A stretch of DNA of 36,008 nucleotides from a virus. How positions within the stretch are numbered: position 1 is the first letter of the stretch; each line of letters starts with the position of its first letter. The translations under genes were made by a program, and so were the position numbers. Of this stretch, positions 7,818 through 17,730 are shown piece after piece. The stretch lies in IMG/VR virus record IMGVR_UViG_3300014059_000003; one strand, 5' to 3'. The notes below the pieces were generated by a model. It did not search any database and had not been told where the DNA came from. It was given only the letters and a program-made list of their open reading frames with translations.

Positions 7818-8140
7818 TGGTGTACCGGGCCGATCAGGCCAAGATGCGATCCAGTTAGTAAGAAAACTAACACCATTAAAAGCGCGATAATCACCATGCC
7901 CATGTATTTGACGACCATCTGAAACGTCTCAGAATCTACGTGCTTTTTGCCTGTTGCCGCTTCTAGTAATTTATCTTTGATATCCGGCAATGCTTTTAGA
8001 TGCTCGCTGTTTAAACACAAAGTTCGCATAGTTTCTTCCATAACGTCCACCTTTTCAAAGGCTTCTAAGGCCTTGTCAGAATGATGATACCATCCGCAAT
8101 TATCAGGGCCACCGTTTTGTAATAATTTAAATTCTGCCAT
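7814..8140 (-). CDS. C-terminally anchored membrane protein (lysis-cassette position)
   Basis: 108 aa with a soluble N-terminal part and the C-terminal span MGMVIIALLMVLVFLLTG. It overlaps the next gene by 4 nt. Confidence 0.5.
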   Translation of the reverse strand: MAEFKLLQNGGPDNCGWYHHSDKALEAFEKVDVMEETMRTLCLNSEHLKALPDIKDKLLEAATGKKHVDSETFQMVVKYMGMVIIALLMVLVFLLTGSHLGLIGPVHQ

Positions 8141-8148
8141 ATTCCTTT

Positions 8149-8550
8149 TTAAGGCACATAAGCCACATAAAATATTGTTCCTAGCATTACCTGTGGTCCT
8201 GCATCTGCGAAAAGCCCTACTCCTGCGGTAGTTTCAAAATAACCAGAATCTATAACAGGCAATAAAAATGGGGGTAAGGAACTAAGAGAGGGATAAATAG
8301 CACCAAATTTCTTAGTTCCTCCGCTCCCATTTTTTAAAGACATATAGCCACCCACTACGTTTGCGTCGCTCTGAAAAACTCCTCCCATAACTCTAATAAT
8401 ACGCGCTGGAGGGCCTGTAATTGCTGCTAATATAGTTTGATTATTAGTTGCGGCAGTAAGAGTAAAAGTAACTGATAAAAGTGGGTAAACTTGTCCCGAT
8501 GCGGCATTAGCAGGTTTGATCTGATATTTTCTTATGGGGTCTACTATCAT
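8149..8550 (-). CDS. Virion-associated hypothetical protein
   Basis: 133-aa ORF with a 4-nt overlap with the SLT-domain gene. Confidence 0.5.
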   Translation of the reverse strand: MIVDPIRKYQIKPANAASGQVYPLLSVTFTLTAATNNQTILAAITGPPARIIRVMGGVFQSDANVVGGYMSLKNGSGGTKKFGAIYPSLSSLPPFLLPVIDSGYFETTAGVGLFADAGPQVMLGTIFYVAYVP

Positions 8551-10706
8551 GCTGTTGTTACCCCGTATTTTCTTACTTTGCTTGCTGCTTCTGCTTTGGT
8601 CACTATTCCGTCCTTATCAATATCGAGGCCTTTGTTTTGCCAATAAGCAGTAGTACCTTTTTTGAAAAGTGCGTACTCAGAATCTTTGCCGATAGCCTTT
8701 GGATAGAGTACCGCCATGTAAACGTCATCAAGAGTTTTAAGCTTGCCCTTAAATGGCTTTAAATACTTTTCTACATAATCAAGTTGCTCTGTAGGAGTCA
8801 TTGATTCCATTAGCCTAATTGCTGCTGCTTTAGTATCCGCGCCTGTTAATTCTTTGGCAGTACTTGGCATAAATTGAATTAAGCCTGTGGCGCCAGATCC
8901 TGCTTTGTTTTTCTCAGAGCTTGATAAAGACCCGCCAGTTTCAAATTTCATGACCGCTAGTAAGTGCTGAGGATCCGCCCCTAGATTCTTAGCAATCTTA
9001 TCAACTTTAGCGCCAAATGCGGGTATTTCTTCCTTAGTTAAATCCACGTCCCCACCTCTTGTTATATTTTCGGTTGCTGAAGCTTCTGGTATGCCTACTA
9101 CGCTCGATAACATTTTAGAGATAGGGGCCGTTTTCGATGCTTTAGCTGTAGTTTTATCTAATAAAGATCCTAAAGGGTTTTTTTCTTGATCTCGTGTTGC
9201 CATTGCCGCAATAGGTGCTGTTAAAAGTCCCTTCGTCGCTGATTTACCTGCGCGTCCTGCCGCTTTTAATGCCGCTCCGGTTATTCCCTGTCCAGTTGGA
9301 GATCCGAGTAATGCAAGAACACCACCGGCTGTTAACCCCGCTATAGCTCCTCCACCACTTCCAACTAAAGCCCCGCCTATTATGGTTGGAGTAGTAAGAG
9401 TACCGCCCGATGTTCTAAGTAGTCCTTTTGCTGCTTTGTCCCAAGTTCCCGCCAATCCTCGCGCTACACCTGGATTTATAATAGGTGCCAAGGTTGCATG
9501 ATTTGAATAGTCTCGCATTAAAGTAGACCAATCATCTGCGGTTGATGCTCCCGATTTAACAACAGCCTCGTTTACTGCTTTAGATAAATCATCAGCAATT
9601 GCTCTTTCTACTCGTCTTGTAACAGCAGGGGTTAATTTGCCACTGGCGCTTCCTGAAAAAGCCATTTGTTGTATCGAGCCTTTCCACGAATTAAGACCTG
9701 ATACTGTACCATCCCATCCGTCGACGGGATCTAAAAAACGATCCATAAATTCGCTAACGGCCTGTTTAACGTCTGCCCTTTCTGCTTTAGCCGCATTTAT
9801 TATTTTTTGCGTAGCGCTAGTCGCAGAATTTAGATCTACCTTCGGTACGGCTCCGGCAGTATCAGCATCTGCTAGTCCAGTTGCTATTTTGCCTCCTAAA
9901 TCTTTTAGCGCTTTAGCGTTTCTTTCGGCTAATCTTTGCGGATCTCTTAAAAATCCAAACCCTTCTTTTTTCCCTACTTCATCAATGGCCTGTGATACTC
10001 TTGTGCCTAAGTCGCCTGTCTCTGCATCTGTCATTAGTCCGGTAATTTTCTGACTTTTAAGATAATCTCTTACGCCAGCACCAACAGAAGATCGCTCAAA
10101 AGCCTTACCTGCGCTAATCGCTGTATTTGCAACCCCGCGTAACGCCGAAGCCCCGCCAGCTGTTAAAAGTGCTCCTGCGATTGGTGCCACTTTACTATCA
10201 GGATACATTTGATGGGCAATCTCACTTCCCATACTAGCTAGCGTATTTACTATAGTTCCCTCTCCTGGGAACACGGATCCTTCTACCCCTGCCTTAATAA
10301 CTTCGGTGGCTGGCGTTTTCTTAATTTCTCTTCCATCCCCTAAGTCATAAGGAGATCCTAGAACTTGCTTCATGAGATTACTCATTGTGCTATGAGAGAC
10401 GTCCGCTCCTCCCATTTGAGGAAAAAATTGCGGTAACGCATAGCTTGCTATATCGTAAATATTAGAAGCTCCCTCAGCTAGTGACTTGGCAACAAAACTA
10501 GTTGCGTCCCCCCACGATGCCTGTTGAGGCTGTGATGCGCTTTCTGCATCCATCATTTCCTGTATGGCGCTAGGCGATGGCAATGAAGAAACTGATGGCT
10601 TAGGTTCTGGTGATAAACCAATAGTTCCGAGATCGGTTGTACCGGCTGGTGTGGCATTTTCTGCCGCCATCATCGCATCTACTTCAGCAGGAGAAGGAAG
10701 TGCCAT
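8547..10706 (-). CDS. Internal virion or ejection protein with C-terminal lytic transglycosylase (SLT) domain
   Basis: 719 aa. LLAVMKFETGGSLSSSEKNKAGSGATGLIQFMPSTAKELTG matches the SLT pattern E-[ST]-x...G-A-x-G-L-x-Q-x-M-P-x-T-A. There is a central Gly-zipper, GGALVGSGGGAIAGLTAGGVLALLGS. Confidence 0.8.
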   Translation of the reverse strand: MALPSPAEVDAMMAAENATPAGTTDLGTIGLSPEPKPSVSSLPSPSAIQEMMDAESASQPQQASWGDATSFVAKSLAEGASNIYDIASYALPQFFPQMGGADVSHSTMSNLMKQVLGSPYDLGDGREIKKTPATEVIKAGVEGSVFPGEGTIVNTLASMGSEIAHQMYPDSKVAPIAGALLTAGGASALRGVANTAISAGKAFERSSVGAGVRDYLKSQKITGLMTDAETGDLGTRVSQAIDEVGKKEGFGFLRDPQRLAERNAKALKDLGGKIATGLADADTAGAVPKVDLNSATSATQKIINAAKAERADVKQAVSEFMDRFLDPVDGWDGTVSGLNSWKGSIQQMAFSGSASGKLTPAVTRRVERAIADDLSKAVNEAVVKSGASTADDWSTLMRDYSNHATLAPIINPGVARGLAGTWDKAAKGLLRTSGGTLTTPTIIGGALVGSGGGAIAGLTAGGVLALLGSPTGQGITGAALKAAGRAGKSATKGLLTAPIAAMATRDQEKNPLGSLLDKTTAKASKTAPISKMLSSVVGIPEASATENITRGGDVDLTKEEIPAFGAKVDKIAKNLGADPQHLLAVMKFETGGSLSSSEKNKAGSGATGLIQFMPSTAKELTGADTKAAAIRLMESMTPTEQLDYVEKYLKPFKGKLKTLDDVYMAVLYPKAIGKDSEYALFKKGTTAYWQNKGLDIDKDGIVTKAEAASKVRKYGVTTA

Positions 10707-12025
10707 TATTTTATTATTCCTTTGGATTTCATAAATTGGATCTGTGCTGCGGTGTATCCACTAAGGTCTTGATCTGCTGTATCAGCAACTATTGCCGGGG
10801 CTGTATTACCTCCTATAGAGTTAAAATAATCCTGCCAAGACGGGCGATCTGTATTTAACTCGTTAGTCTTAGGATCGAAAATCGGGAAAGCTTGCCTGTA
10901 TTCAGACCATTTCTTAGCAGCCCCCGTTGTAGAGCTATTTATTTCTCGATATGTGTCTAAAAAGTCGGCATAATCTAGGTTGAGTTTTCCCAGATCTTCG
11001 AGTTTTTGAGCAAGAATTGCGTTAGCTTCAGGAGTATTATTAGTACTAGGGCCACTACCTAGATATAGTTTTGTTTCATAATCTGAGACTGCTCCAGGAG
11101 ATCTACTCATTTGAACTAATTGTGGTGCTATAGAGGATAAAAGTGTATCCCCTTGAAGTTTAGCCGCTGCATCTTCGCTAAATGGTGACATAACATAATC
11201 AGCAGCATGCCTAAGACCCTGAAAATTACCAGTAACGCCCGCCAGAGACATTCCTGCTTTAGCGGTCGAAACTAGATCTAGAAGTTTTTGACCATACTCA
11301 CGCGCATTCTTTGCCTCATCAAAAGTTTTAGCACTCGCCTTTAGTTCTCCATCTACTTGCTGACGTGCTGCTATTGCCGCTTGGCTTGCGGGCATGTCTT
11401 GATCTACAAATGTTTTGAAATAAGCTGCTACTTTTTGAGCAGTAGTTTGGTTTCCATTCGCTAATGGATTGTTGCTAGATGGTTTTGTTAGAATACCAGG
11501 AATATTCTCAGGCCCTGCGTCTGCATCATTCATTATGCTTGAGTAATCCCCTGTCTGAATAGCCTTCACTGCATCAGCTGGTGATAGAGTCTTATTTTTA
11601 ACCGCTTCCCCAAAAATAGAGTTCATAAGGGTTGATATGTCTTTTTTCTTCTCCGCCACTGCTGCATCTTTAGCCGCCAAATACTTTAGCGCCTGATTAG
11701 CTTTAAGTGTAGCAAAAGCACTTTCATCCACTCCTTCAGGAGTTGCAACATGCAAGGGTTCTTCTCTTAACTGTGGTAATACACTAATCACAGAATTAAG
11801 CTGATTAGCCGCGTTTTGCTGCGCGTAATTTCCTAACAGCCCTGAGAGGAAGGACTTAGCAAATGAGGTAACGCCTACTTCTGTAGGGCTCCATGTGGAC
11901 ATATCAGGTTGCCAAGCACCTAGAGAGCGCCCTGCGATCCCGTAAGGATCTGACTGCACAACAGATTGATTAAACCCTGCTAGATCGTTGCTACCTAATA
12001 ATCCTAGTACTGATTCATCTGCCAT
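10706..12025 (-). CDS. Virion structural or internal protein
   Basis: 439-aa ORF in the structural block, Ala/Gln-rich. No specific motif recognised. Confidence 0.5.
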   Translation of the reverse strand: MADESVLGLLGSNDLAGFNQSVVQSDPYGIAGRSLGAWQPDMSTWSPTEVGVTSFAKSFLSGLLGNYAQQNAANQLNSVISVLPQLREEPLHVATPEGVDESAFATLKANQALKYLAAKDAAVAEKKKDISTLMNSIFGEAVKNKTLSPADAVKAIQTGDYSSIMNDADAGPENIPGILTKPSSNNPLANGNQTTAQKVAAYFKTFVDQDMPASQAAIAARQQVDGELKASAKTFDEAKNAREYGQKLLDLVSTAKAGMSLAGVTGNFQGLRHAADYVMSPFSEDAAAKLQGDTLLSSIAPQLVQMSRSPGAVSDYETKLYLGSGPSTNNTPEANAILAQKLEDLGKLNLDYADFLDTYREINSSTTGAAKKWSEYRQAFPIFDPKTNELNTDRPSWQDYFNSIGGNTAPAIVADTADQDLSGYTAAQIQFMKSKGIIK

Positions 12026-12036
12026 AAATCCCCTTT

Positions 12037-13488
12037 TTAGCTTGGTAACTCGAAACCACCGCCACCACTTGATCCACTGCTAGATCCACCGCTAGATCCG
12101 CCACCTCCAGATCCAGATTTAGCAACGGCTGCCGCTGCGATCTCGTTCTTTCTTTTCCAATCAGCTACATTAGCAGCAAGGGTCTTAGTCCCAAGGTTGT
12201 TCTCTTTTTCCCACTGTGTAACTTGAGCAGCAAGAGTTGCATCTTTAGAGGCTTTATCTCTGAGAGATTGAGCATCTGCGAGATCCATACCGTATTTAGT
12301 TGCATATTGCTGTGCTGTTAACTTGATAATATCAAGTACATTTCCTGCATTGTCGGTGTATACGCTATTTCCGTAAGCACCATATTTTGATCCGTATGCA
12401 GCAGATCCAGCTAGAGCATCTCTAATTGCTATATCTCTAGCCTCTACGCTTGTTTTGTATGCTTGATCCCCGGAGAGCACAGCCTGTTGCGCTGCTGTAT
12501 CTTTTAACCCTCGATATCTTTCATTCAAGGCGCCTAGAGTTCGACCATATAAATTCTTTGTATTTGGATCCTGCTCTGCTGCTGGATCGTAAGGGATACC
12601 ACGATTTGCCATTTCTTGCTGCGCTCTTTCCCTGTCTCGCGCCATGTCACGATCATAGTATTTAGTTAGAGTGCTATAGGTAGCTTCTTCTGCTGCTTTT
12701 CTATTTTCATCCCCCTTAAAACCTTCTGCTGCTGCTTTTGCCTGATCTGAGAAAAACTTTGCCCTTTCTCCTTCCCTGATTTCTCTGTGGATAGTTCCAT
12801 CAGGGTCCATAGTATAGCGCAAGATATTCCCGTTTTCATCCATCTCATCTGGATGTTCAGCTAGCCAATTCCTGCGCCAATCTTCGGCTTCTGCTGCTGA
12901 TACGGTAGCCGATGCAGCACCTGCGTTAGTCGTGCCATCCGGATTGTTTTCTGCTCCTGTAGCTATTCCTGCCCCTGAGCCCCCCGATATTCCTGCCGCA
13001 GTAGTTGTACCCGTTGCTCCCGCTGCTGCGGCTGCGGCTGCGGCTGCATTAGACGATGTACCAGGAGCAGCATCGCCACCTACTACCTGATCATTGTTAG
13101 ACCCTACCGCCGGTGCATTATAATCTGCTTTATCCTGCCACTGGAATCCGTATTCTGTTCCTATTGATTTAATTATATCGGCGTTTTTCTGGTACTCAGG
13201 AGTACCTTTCTGTACCTTCTTTATTCGATTTATTGCTTCTTCATATTTTCTAACTTTGGCCGGATCTCTTGCAGGGCCTGATTGAGATGGTGGAGGTTGA
13301 TTATTTGGGGCTGGCGCTTGAGGTTGAGGAGCTGGATTAGTTGTTAGCTTCTTCCCTAACGCATCCGCTGTCTGCTGTGCTCTTGTGCCATAACCTGCAT
13401 CGGCATCTTTCTTAATAGCGGCAATTTGCTGAGGGGTCAGGCCATCAGGGATATTAACTATTGTTCCTTTTGATGATTTATATTTCAT
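12037..13488 (-). CDS. Virion internal protein with low-complexity linkers
   Basis: 483 aa with a Pro/Gln-rich tract, AAAAAAAA, and the C-terminal GSGGGGSSGGSSSGSSGGGG. Confidence 0.5.
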   Translation of the reverse strand: MKYKSSKGTIVNIPDGLTPQQIAAIKKDADAGYGTRAQQTADALGKKLTTNPAPQPQAPAPNNQPPPSQSGPARDPAKVRKYEEAINRIKKVQKGTPEYQKNADIIKSIGTEYGFQWQDKADYNAPAVGSNNDQVVGGDAAPGTSSNAAAAAAAAAGATGTTTAAGISGGSGAGIATGAENNPDGTTNAGAASATVSAAEAEDWRRNWLAEHPDEMDENGNILRYTMDPDGTIHREIREGERAKFFSDQAKAAAEGFKGDENRKAAEEATYSTLTKYYDRDMARDRERAQQEMANRGIPYDPAAEQDPNTKNLYGRTLGALNERYRGLKDTAAQQAVLSGDQAYKTSVEARDIAIRDALAGSAAYGSKYGAYGNSVYTDNAGNVLDIIKLTAQQYATKYGMDLADAQSLRDKASKDATLAAQVTQWEKENNLGTKTLAANVADWKRKNEIAAAAVAKSGSGGGGSSGGSSSGSSGGGGFELPS

Positions 13489-13491
13489 ATA

Positions 13492-15069
13492 TTACCTTGA
13501 TCCTGTTGGCCCTGGTTGGCTCCATAAATTCATAGCATATATCTTTTGCCCTATCGTGGCACCTGCTGATGCAGTTCCCGATATATCAACTTGTACATAT
13601 CCTGCTTCTATTCCAACATTTACTTGCGGAATGGTGGTACCGGTTCCTTGGTCTGATAATATTTGCGCTGTGGTAGTCTGTACTCCCAGATCCCCTATCA
13701 ACTTATAATTAGTGCTAGCTGTAAGATCCGTTTTTTGCACAATTTCTAAGCCGCTTATACTATTTGCTCCAAATTTCTGTGGTAAAATCGGTGCTGTTCT
13801 TAGTTGGTAACTAACCCCTGGTGATGTGTTATCAGGTAATTCATCCAGGAATTGAGTATTTCCTTCCACCTTCATAACGGCCCTATATCCACCTACTCCA
13901 TAGTAGGTATTTTTCTTATAATAACAGGGTGTAGTAGTAAAAAGCCCTGAAACTAACGAACAAACATGTTCAACCCAAGATTCAGTTTTAAAAGAATAAA
14001 TTAGCCGTACTGCCTTGCTTGTATCCAAAACTCCCGCAGTAGTTACGTATTGAGGAAAAGAAATTATAATCCGCTGGTTAAGCTGGTCATATATTCCTTT
14101 GATATATAAATTAAGAGCCGAGTTTTGATTCTGTACTAATTGTTTCCAACGATTTGCAATAGGAGCTGATAAGCTTCTATCTACTGCCACCTCATCACCT
14201 TGAGCAAATAACGTGCGCAACGAAACAAGCGCGCTTTCCGTGATGACATAACTATCACCTCTGGCATCAACAAAAGAGTTATAATAAACAGGAGGAGGGA
14301 CAACAAAGCGCCCTACTGTTTGCCAATCATCTGAATCAGGATAGCTCCCCTCATAGACTAAGATCTCCCCTGATGACATTACAAAAGCTTGGACGTTTTT
14401 TTGCTCTATGCCTTCGGAGAGAGCGATCGATCTAATCCCATATAAATAAGCTTTTTCGGAAAGAATAGAGGCAAGATCTACTGCTGTCAGAGTGCCAATA
14501 ATAGAATCTATTTCTGTATATCCATAAGTACTAGAATTTTTCTGGATTATATACGCTCTGTTTTTATAAACATTGCCCCCAAATGGTGCGGATATAGATC
14601 CCCACGTATAGAAAGAAGCAGGGGTAGTAAAATAGTTAGCCCACGCCGTACCATTATAAGATACTGGACCAAGGGTTCCCCCTGGCAACATAGAAGCTTC
14701 CCCGAAATAAAGTAATATATTTCTAAAATAGAGCGTATGGATTTCATCATCACCACCGAGGCCACCTGGACTATAAGCAGCCGATCCGGCACCCGAAGAG
14801 CTGACATCTAGCCACTTTATCCCGGACCCTGGATCATCATAAACAAGGAACATTTGTTGTGCTGTTCCTGTCCCGTAAGTGGCAAGATTTAGCGTTGCTA
14901 TACTTACGGTTCCAGGGGTAGTCCACCGCTGATCGCCATATCTTATGCTCGCTGTTTGATCGTCGACATTATAATTTTTTACTATTTCCGCATAAGGTGA
15001 CTCTATTACCGCTAGAGGTATATCATCTTTTTGGCCTCTATATGGTGGAGGGAAAGGAATAGATTGCAT
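13492..15069 (-). CDS. Tail or virion structural protein
   Basis: 525-aa beta-rich ORF in the structural block. The function is positional only. Confidence 0.5.
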   Translation of the reverse strand: MQSIPFPPPYRGQKDDIPLAVIESPYAEIVKNYNVDDQTASIRYGDQRWTTPGTVSIATLNLATYGTGTAQQMFLVYDDPGSGIKWLDVSSSGAGSAAYSPGGLGGDDEIHTLYFRNILLYFGEASMLPGGTLGPVSYNGTAWANYFTTPASFYTWGSISAPFGGNVYKNRAYIIQKNSSTYGYTEIDSIIGTLTAVDLASILSEKAYLYGIRSIALSEGIEQKNVQAFVMSSGEILVYEGSYPDSDDWQTVGRFVVPPPVYYNSFVDARGDSYVITESALVSLRTLFAQGDEVAVDRSLSAPIANRWKQLVQNQNSALNLYIKGIYDQLNQRIIISFPQYVTTAGVLDTSKAVRLIYSFKTESWVEHVCSLVSGLFTTTPCYYKKNTYYGVGGYRAVMKVEGNTQFLDELPDNTSPGVSYQLRTAPILPQKFGANSISGLEIVQKTDLTASTNYKLIGDLGVQTTTAQILSDQGTGTTIPQVNVGIEAGYVQVDISGTASAGATIGQKIYAMNLWSQPGPTGSR

Positions 15070-15072
15070 TAG

Positions 15073-16479
15073 CTATCTACTCACAAAAATAGGCTTACCA
15101 TCCATGCCAATTCCTGGCGATCTAGTAGTAGAACGAATTGGAGTTATTAAAGGTTTATTTGTTTGCGTCGATCCTTGCGCTGCGGCTTCTCCTTGAGTAG
15201 TAGCTTTTACCCCGGCATTAAATCCCTTCATTACGTTATCAAAATTCTCTTTAGCTTTGGCTTCGTCGGTTATCTCTACTTCGCCCTTATTAGATGTATA
15301 GATTCCAGATTTTATATTTGCGTCTGTTACTGCAACTCTTTGATCCTGAGTAAGATTAGCCCATGCAGGGCCATAGGTTTTGATATTACCGTAGACGCCC
15401 GTTAAATCGTTAGCTTCTAAACCACCCTTTTGGTAATCCTCCCAAGTTTCATACTTGCCCGCGAAAGGTTTGGATGGATCTGGAGGTGCTGCGTTGTACT
15501 GTTCTCGCATCCCTGTAACGTATTGCTGATATCCTTTATCATCTTTACCTTGATTTAGAAGATCGGCTGTATGCTCTTGTGCAACTTGTCTTGTAGTTTT
15601 GTGCATGGGATCGAATCCAAAAAAACGCCTTCCTATTACTATGGGAATGCCTAGTCCTGGGGCTGCCGCTATTAATGCTATATCGTTCTTTATCCCCTTC
15701 CCTTGTAATCCGTAACCTGCAAGATTTCCTATGGCTGCGCCTGCGCCCGCAGTAATTGGGCCTCCAAAGCTTCCAATTCCCGCGCCTAGTTCTGTTGCGG
15801 CTGTCCTGATTCCTTTACCGCCGTTTTGTTGAGATTTAAAAACATCATAGCCGCCTTTTAGTGTTGCAGCTGTCGAGATCGCTGGTCCAATGTAAGATCC
15901 GATACCTTCTACTGGTGGGGCTACTCCTTCTATATTAGATGCATACTGCCCTCCATCTGCAACTGGCCCCACTCCTGTAGGTGCAGAAACACGACTAACA
16001 CCAATAACATTGGGGGCAGCTCCGTTTGTAAATCCCTGTGCTGCTGCTTGTTGCTGAGTCACAGCAGTATTTATTGTTTGTTTTGCTACTTCGTTAGCTG
16101 TTTCCTGTTTGATTCTATCTGCTAGAGCTACTTCAACCAGACTAGGCGCAGTGTCTTTTGTAAGTTCATGAGCCGTTATCATTGCTGCTGTACTTGCACC
16201 AATAGGTAATAACTGCCCCATTGGGCTACGATTAAACTTTTCTTGATTTATTAATTCATCCTGTTGTCTTTTCTTAGCTTCTGCTTCATCAATAGCGGGC
16301 TTAGGATTATTTCTAAAAACAGTGCGCCCCGTAGCATTAGATGCCGTCTTATCTAGTACATATGCAGGATGTCCCGGTACTACATAATAAGTTTCGCCGT
16401 TAGGCATAACTACCTTCTCCCATTCTTGATAACGGGAATAATCAGTGCCCGGAAAGGGATCGTTTTTTACTATTGCCAT
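15073..16479 (-). CDS. Putative ejection or internal virion protein with Gly-zipper membrane segment
   Basis: 468 aa containing GAGIGSFGGPITAGAGAAIGNLAGYG and ALIAAAPGLGIPIVIG. Confidence 0.5.
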   Translation of the reverse strand: MAIVKNDPFPGTDYSRYQEWEKVVMPNGETYYVVPGHPAYVLDKTASNATGRTVFRNNPKPAIDEAEAKKRQQDELINQEKFNRSPMGQLLPIGASTAAMITAHELTKDTAPSLVEVALADRIKQETANEVAKQTINTAVTQQQAAAQGFTNGAAPNVIGVSRVSAPTGVGPVADGGQYASNIEGVAPPVEGIGSYIGPAISTAATLKGGYDVFKSQQNGGKGIRTAATELGAGIGSFGGPITAGAGAAIGNLAGYGLQGKGIKNDIALIAAAPGLGIPIVIGRRFFGFDPMHKTTRQVAQEHTADLLNQGKDDKGYQQYVTGMREQYNAAPPDPSKPFAGKYETWEDYQKGGLEANDLTGVYGNIKTYGPAWANLTQDQRVAVTDANIKSGIYTSNKGEVEITDEAKAKENFDNVMKGFNAGVKATTQGEAAAQGSTQTNKPLITPIRSTTRSPGIGMDGKPIFVSR

Positions 16480-16482
16480 TTA

Positions 16483-17403
16483 CTAAGATCCTCCTGTTCC
16501 TGCCCATGCACCAACTGGTACTACAGGCCAATCAAATGTACTTTGCATGTCATAAGCGGCACTAACTACAGTCGCGCCATTCTGACGACCTAAAGCGGTT
16601 CTAACGTTACTGCGCCACCTTTTTTCATGTTCTCGAGCTGCATCAAACTGCTGCTTAGATTGATACCAAGCCCACCGCATACCCTCTACAAATAATTCAT
16701 CATCTAAAATTACATAATCAGTATCCGCACTGACAGGGTAAGGCTCATTGTAAACTGTCCACGCTAGGTTACCGTCAGATTGTGTACCCGAAGTCCAACT
16801 AGGCCGAGTAGTTCCGGTTGTCCCGCCATTAATCGCGATATAGATATTATTTACTCCGCTAACCTTTGCTAGTGCAGGATATAAAGTATTTGCCACCCAA
16901 TCAGTAGGCCAAACATAATTACAGGACGTGTAAGCGATGACATTTTCTGTGGTGTTATCTTGTCCAGGAGGAGAAATTTGAAAATATCCCGCTGATTTCT
17001 GAGTATATGGCGATGTAGCAAATTTATAACCCTGAGCTCCGTTAACTTGATAACCCGCGTAAGGAGTAGCTATATTAACGCCGTAAGTTTGAAAAGCTAG
17101 TCGCGCATTAGATAGCGGGCCTGCTAAAGGAATCTGATTAGTAACGCCCCATTGAGTACCAGTTAAAAGTCTTAAAAAGTCGCCCGGTAATTGATAATTA
17201 GCAACGCCTGTTGACGTTGTGAAAGTATAGATTCTTTTTAATTGATCCCATCCATCTTGATAGTCTAATAGCTCTCCGGCGATAAACTTAAATAAAGAGA
17301 CTAGTTGCCTTGCCCCTGGAGTAGTGCCGCCAACATATGACGACTCCCTAGGTTGATTTATACGATCACAAAACTCATTTAAGATCTCGGAAACTGTCGA
17401 CAT
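16483..17403 (-). CDS. Virion structural protein (possible adaptor or tail component)
   Basis: 306-aa ORF in the structural block. The N-terminal pattern ...ANYQLPGDFLRL is common in phage head-tail proteins (from memory, weak). Confidence 0.45.
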   Translation of the reverse strand: MSTVSEILNEFCDRINQPRESSYVGGTTPGARQLVSLFKFIAGELLDYQDGWDQLKRIYTFTTSTGVANYQLPGDFLRLLTGTQWGVTNQIPLAGPLSNARLAFQTYGVNIATPYAGYQVNGAQGYKFATSPYTQKSAGYFQISPPGQDNTTENVIAYTSCNYVWPTDWVANTLYPALAKVSGVNNIYIAINGGTTGTTRPSWTSGTQSDGNLAWTVYNEPYPVSADTDYVILDDELFVEGMRWAWYQSKQQFDAAREHEKRWRSNVRTALGRQNGATVVSAAYDMQSTFDWPVVPVGAWAGTGGS

Positions 17404-17417
17404 GATAGCATATTACT

Positions 17418-17723
17418 TTACTCGTGCTTGCCTTTGCCGTGTGTCTTTGGTGTTTCTTTTGCAACTACTACTGCCTCTTCAGGTACTGGCTTAAAAGAAG
17501 CTGCCCCTATTTCTTCATCTGAAAAACTAGCAGGTAATACAAATTTAGGATGCTTATTAAGAAGCTCTTGGAATAATCCAGGGTAAGCCTTTACATGATC
17601 CTTTGTAGCTTTATTATCAAAACCTGATTTAGACTGACGAAAATAGAGCACATCCTTGATCTCTACAACATCGCCCTTAACTGTTTTGTGCTTTTCATCT
17701 ACTAAATAAAATCCGTTTGTCAT
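17418..17723 (-). CDS. Hypothetical structural-module protein
   Basis: The ATG at 17723 lies 7 nt after the upstream stop. The track ORF starts at a TTG at 17747 inside the upstream gene. Confidence 0.5.
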   Translation of the reverse strand: MTNGFYLVDEKHKTVKGDVVEIKDVLYFRQSKSGFDNKATKDHVKAYPGLFQELLNKHPKFVLPASFSDEEIGAASFKPVPEEAVVVAKETPKTHGKGKHE

Positions 17724-17730
17724 GTTCCCT

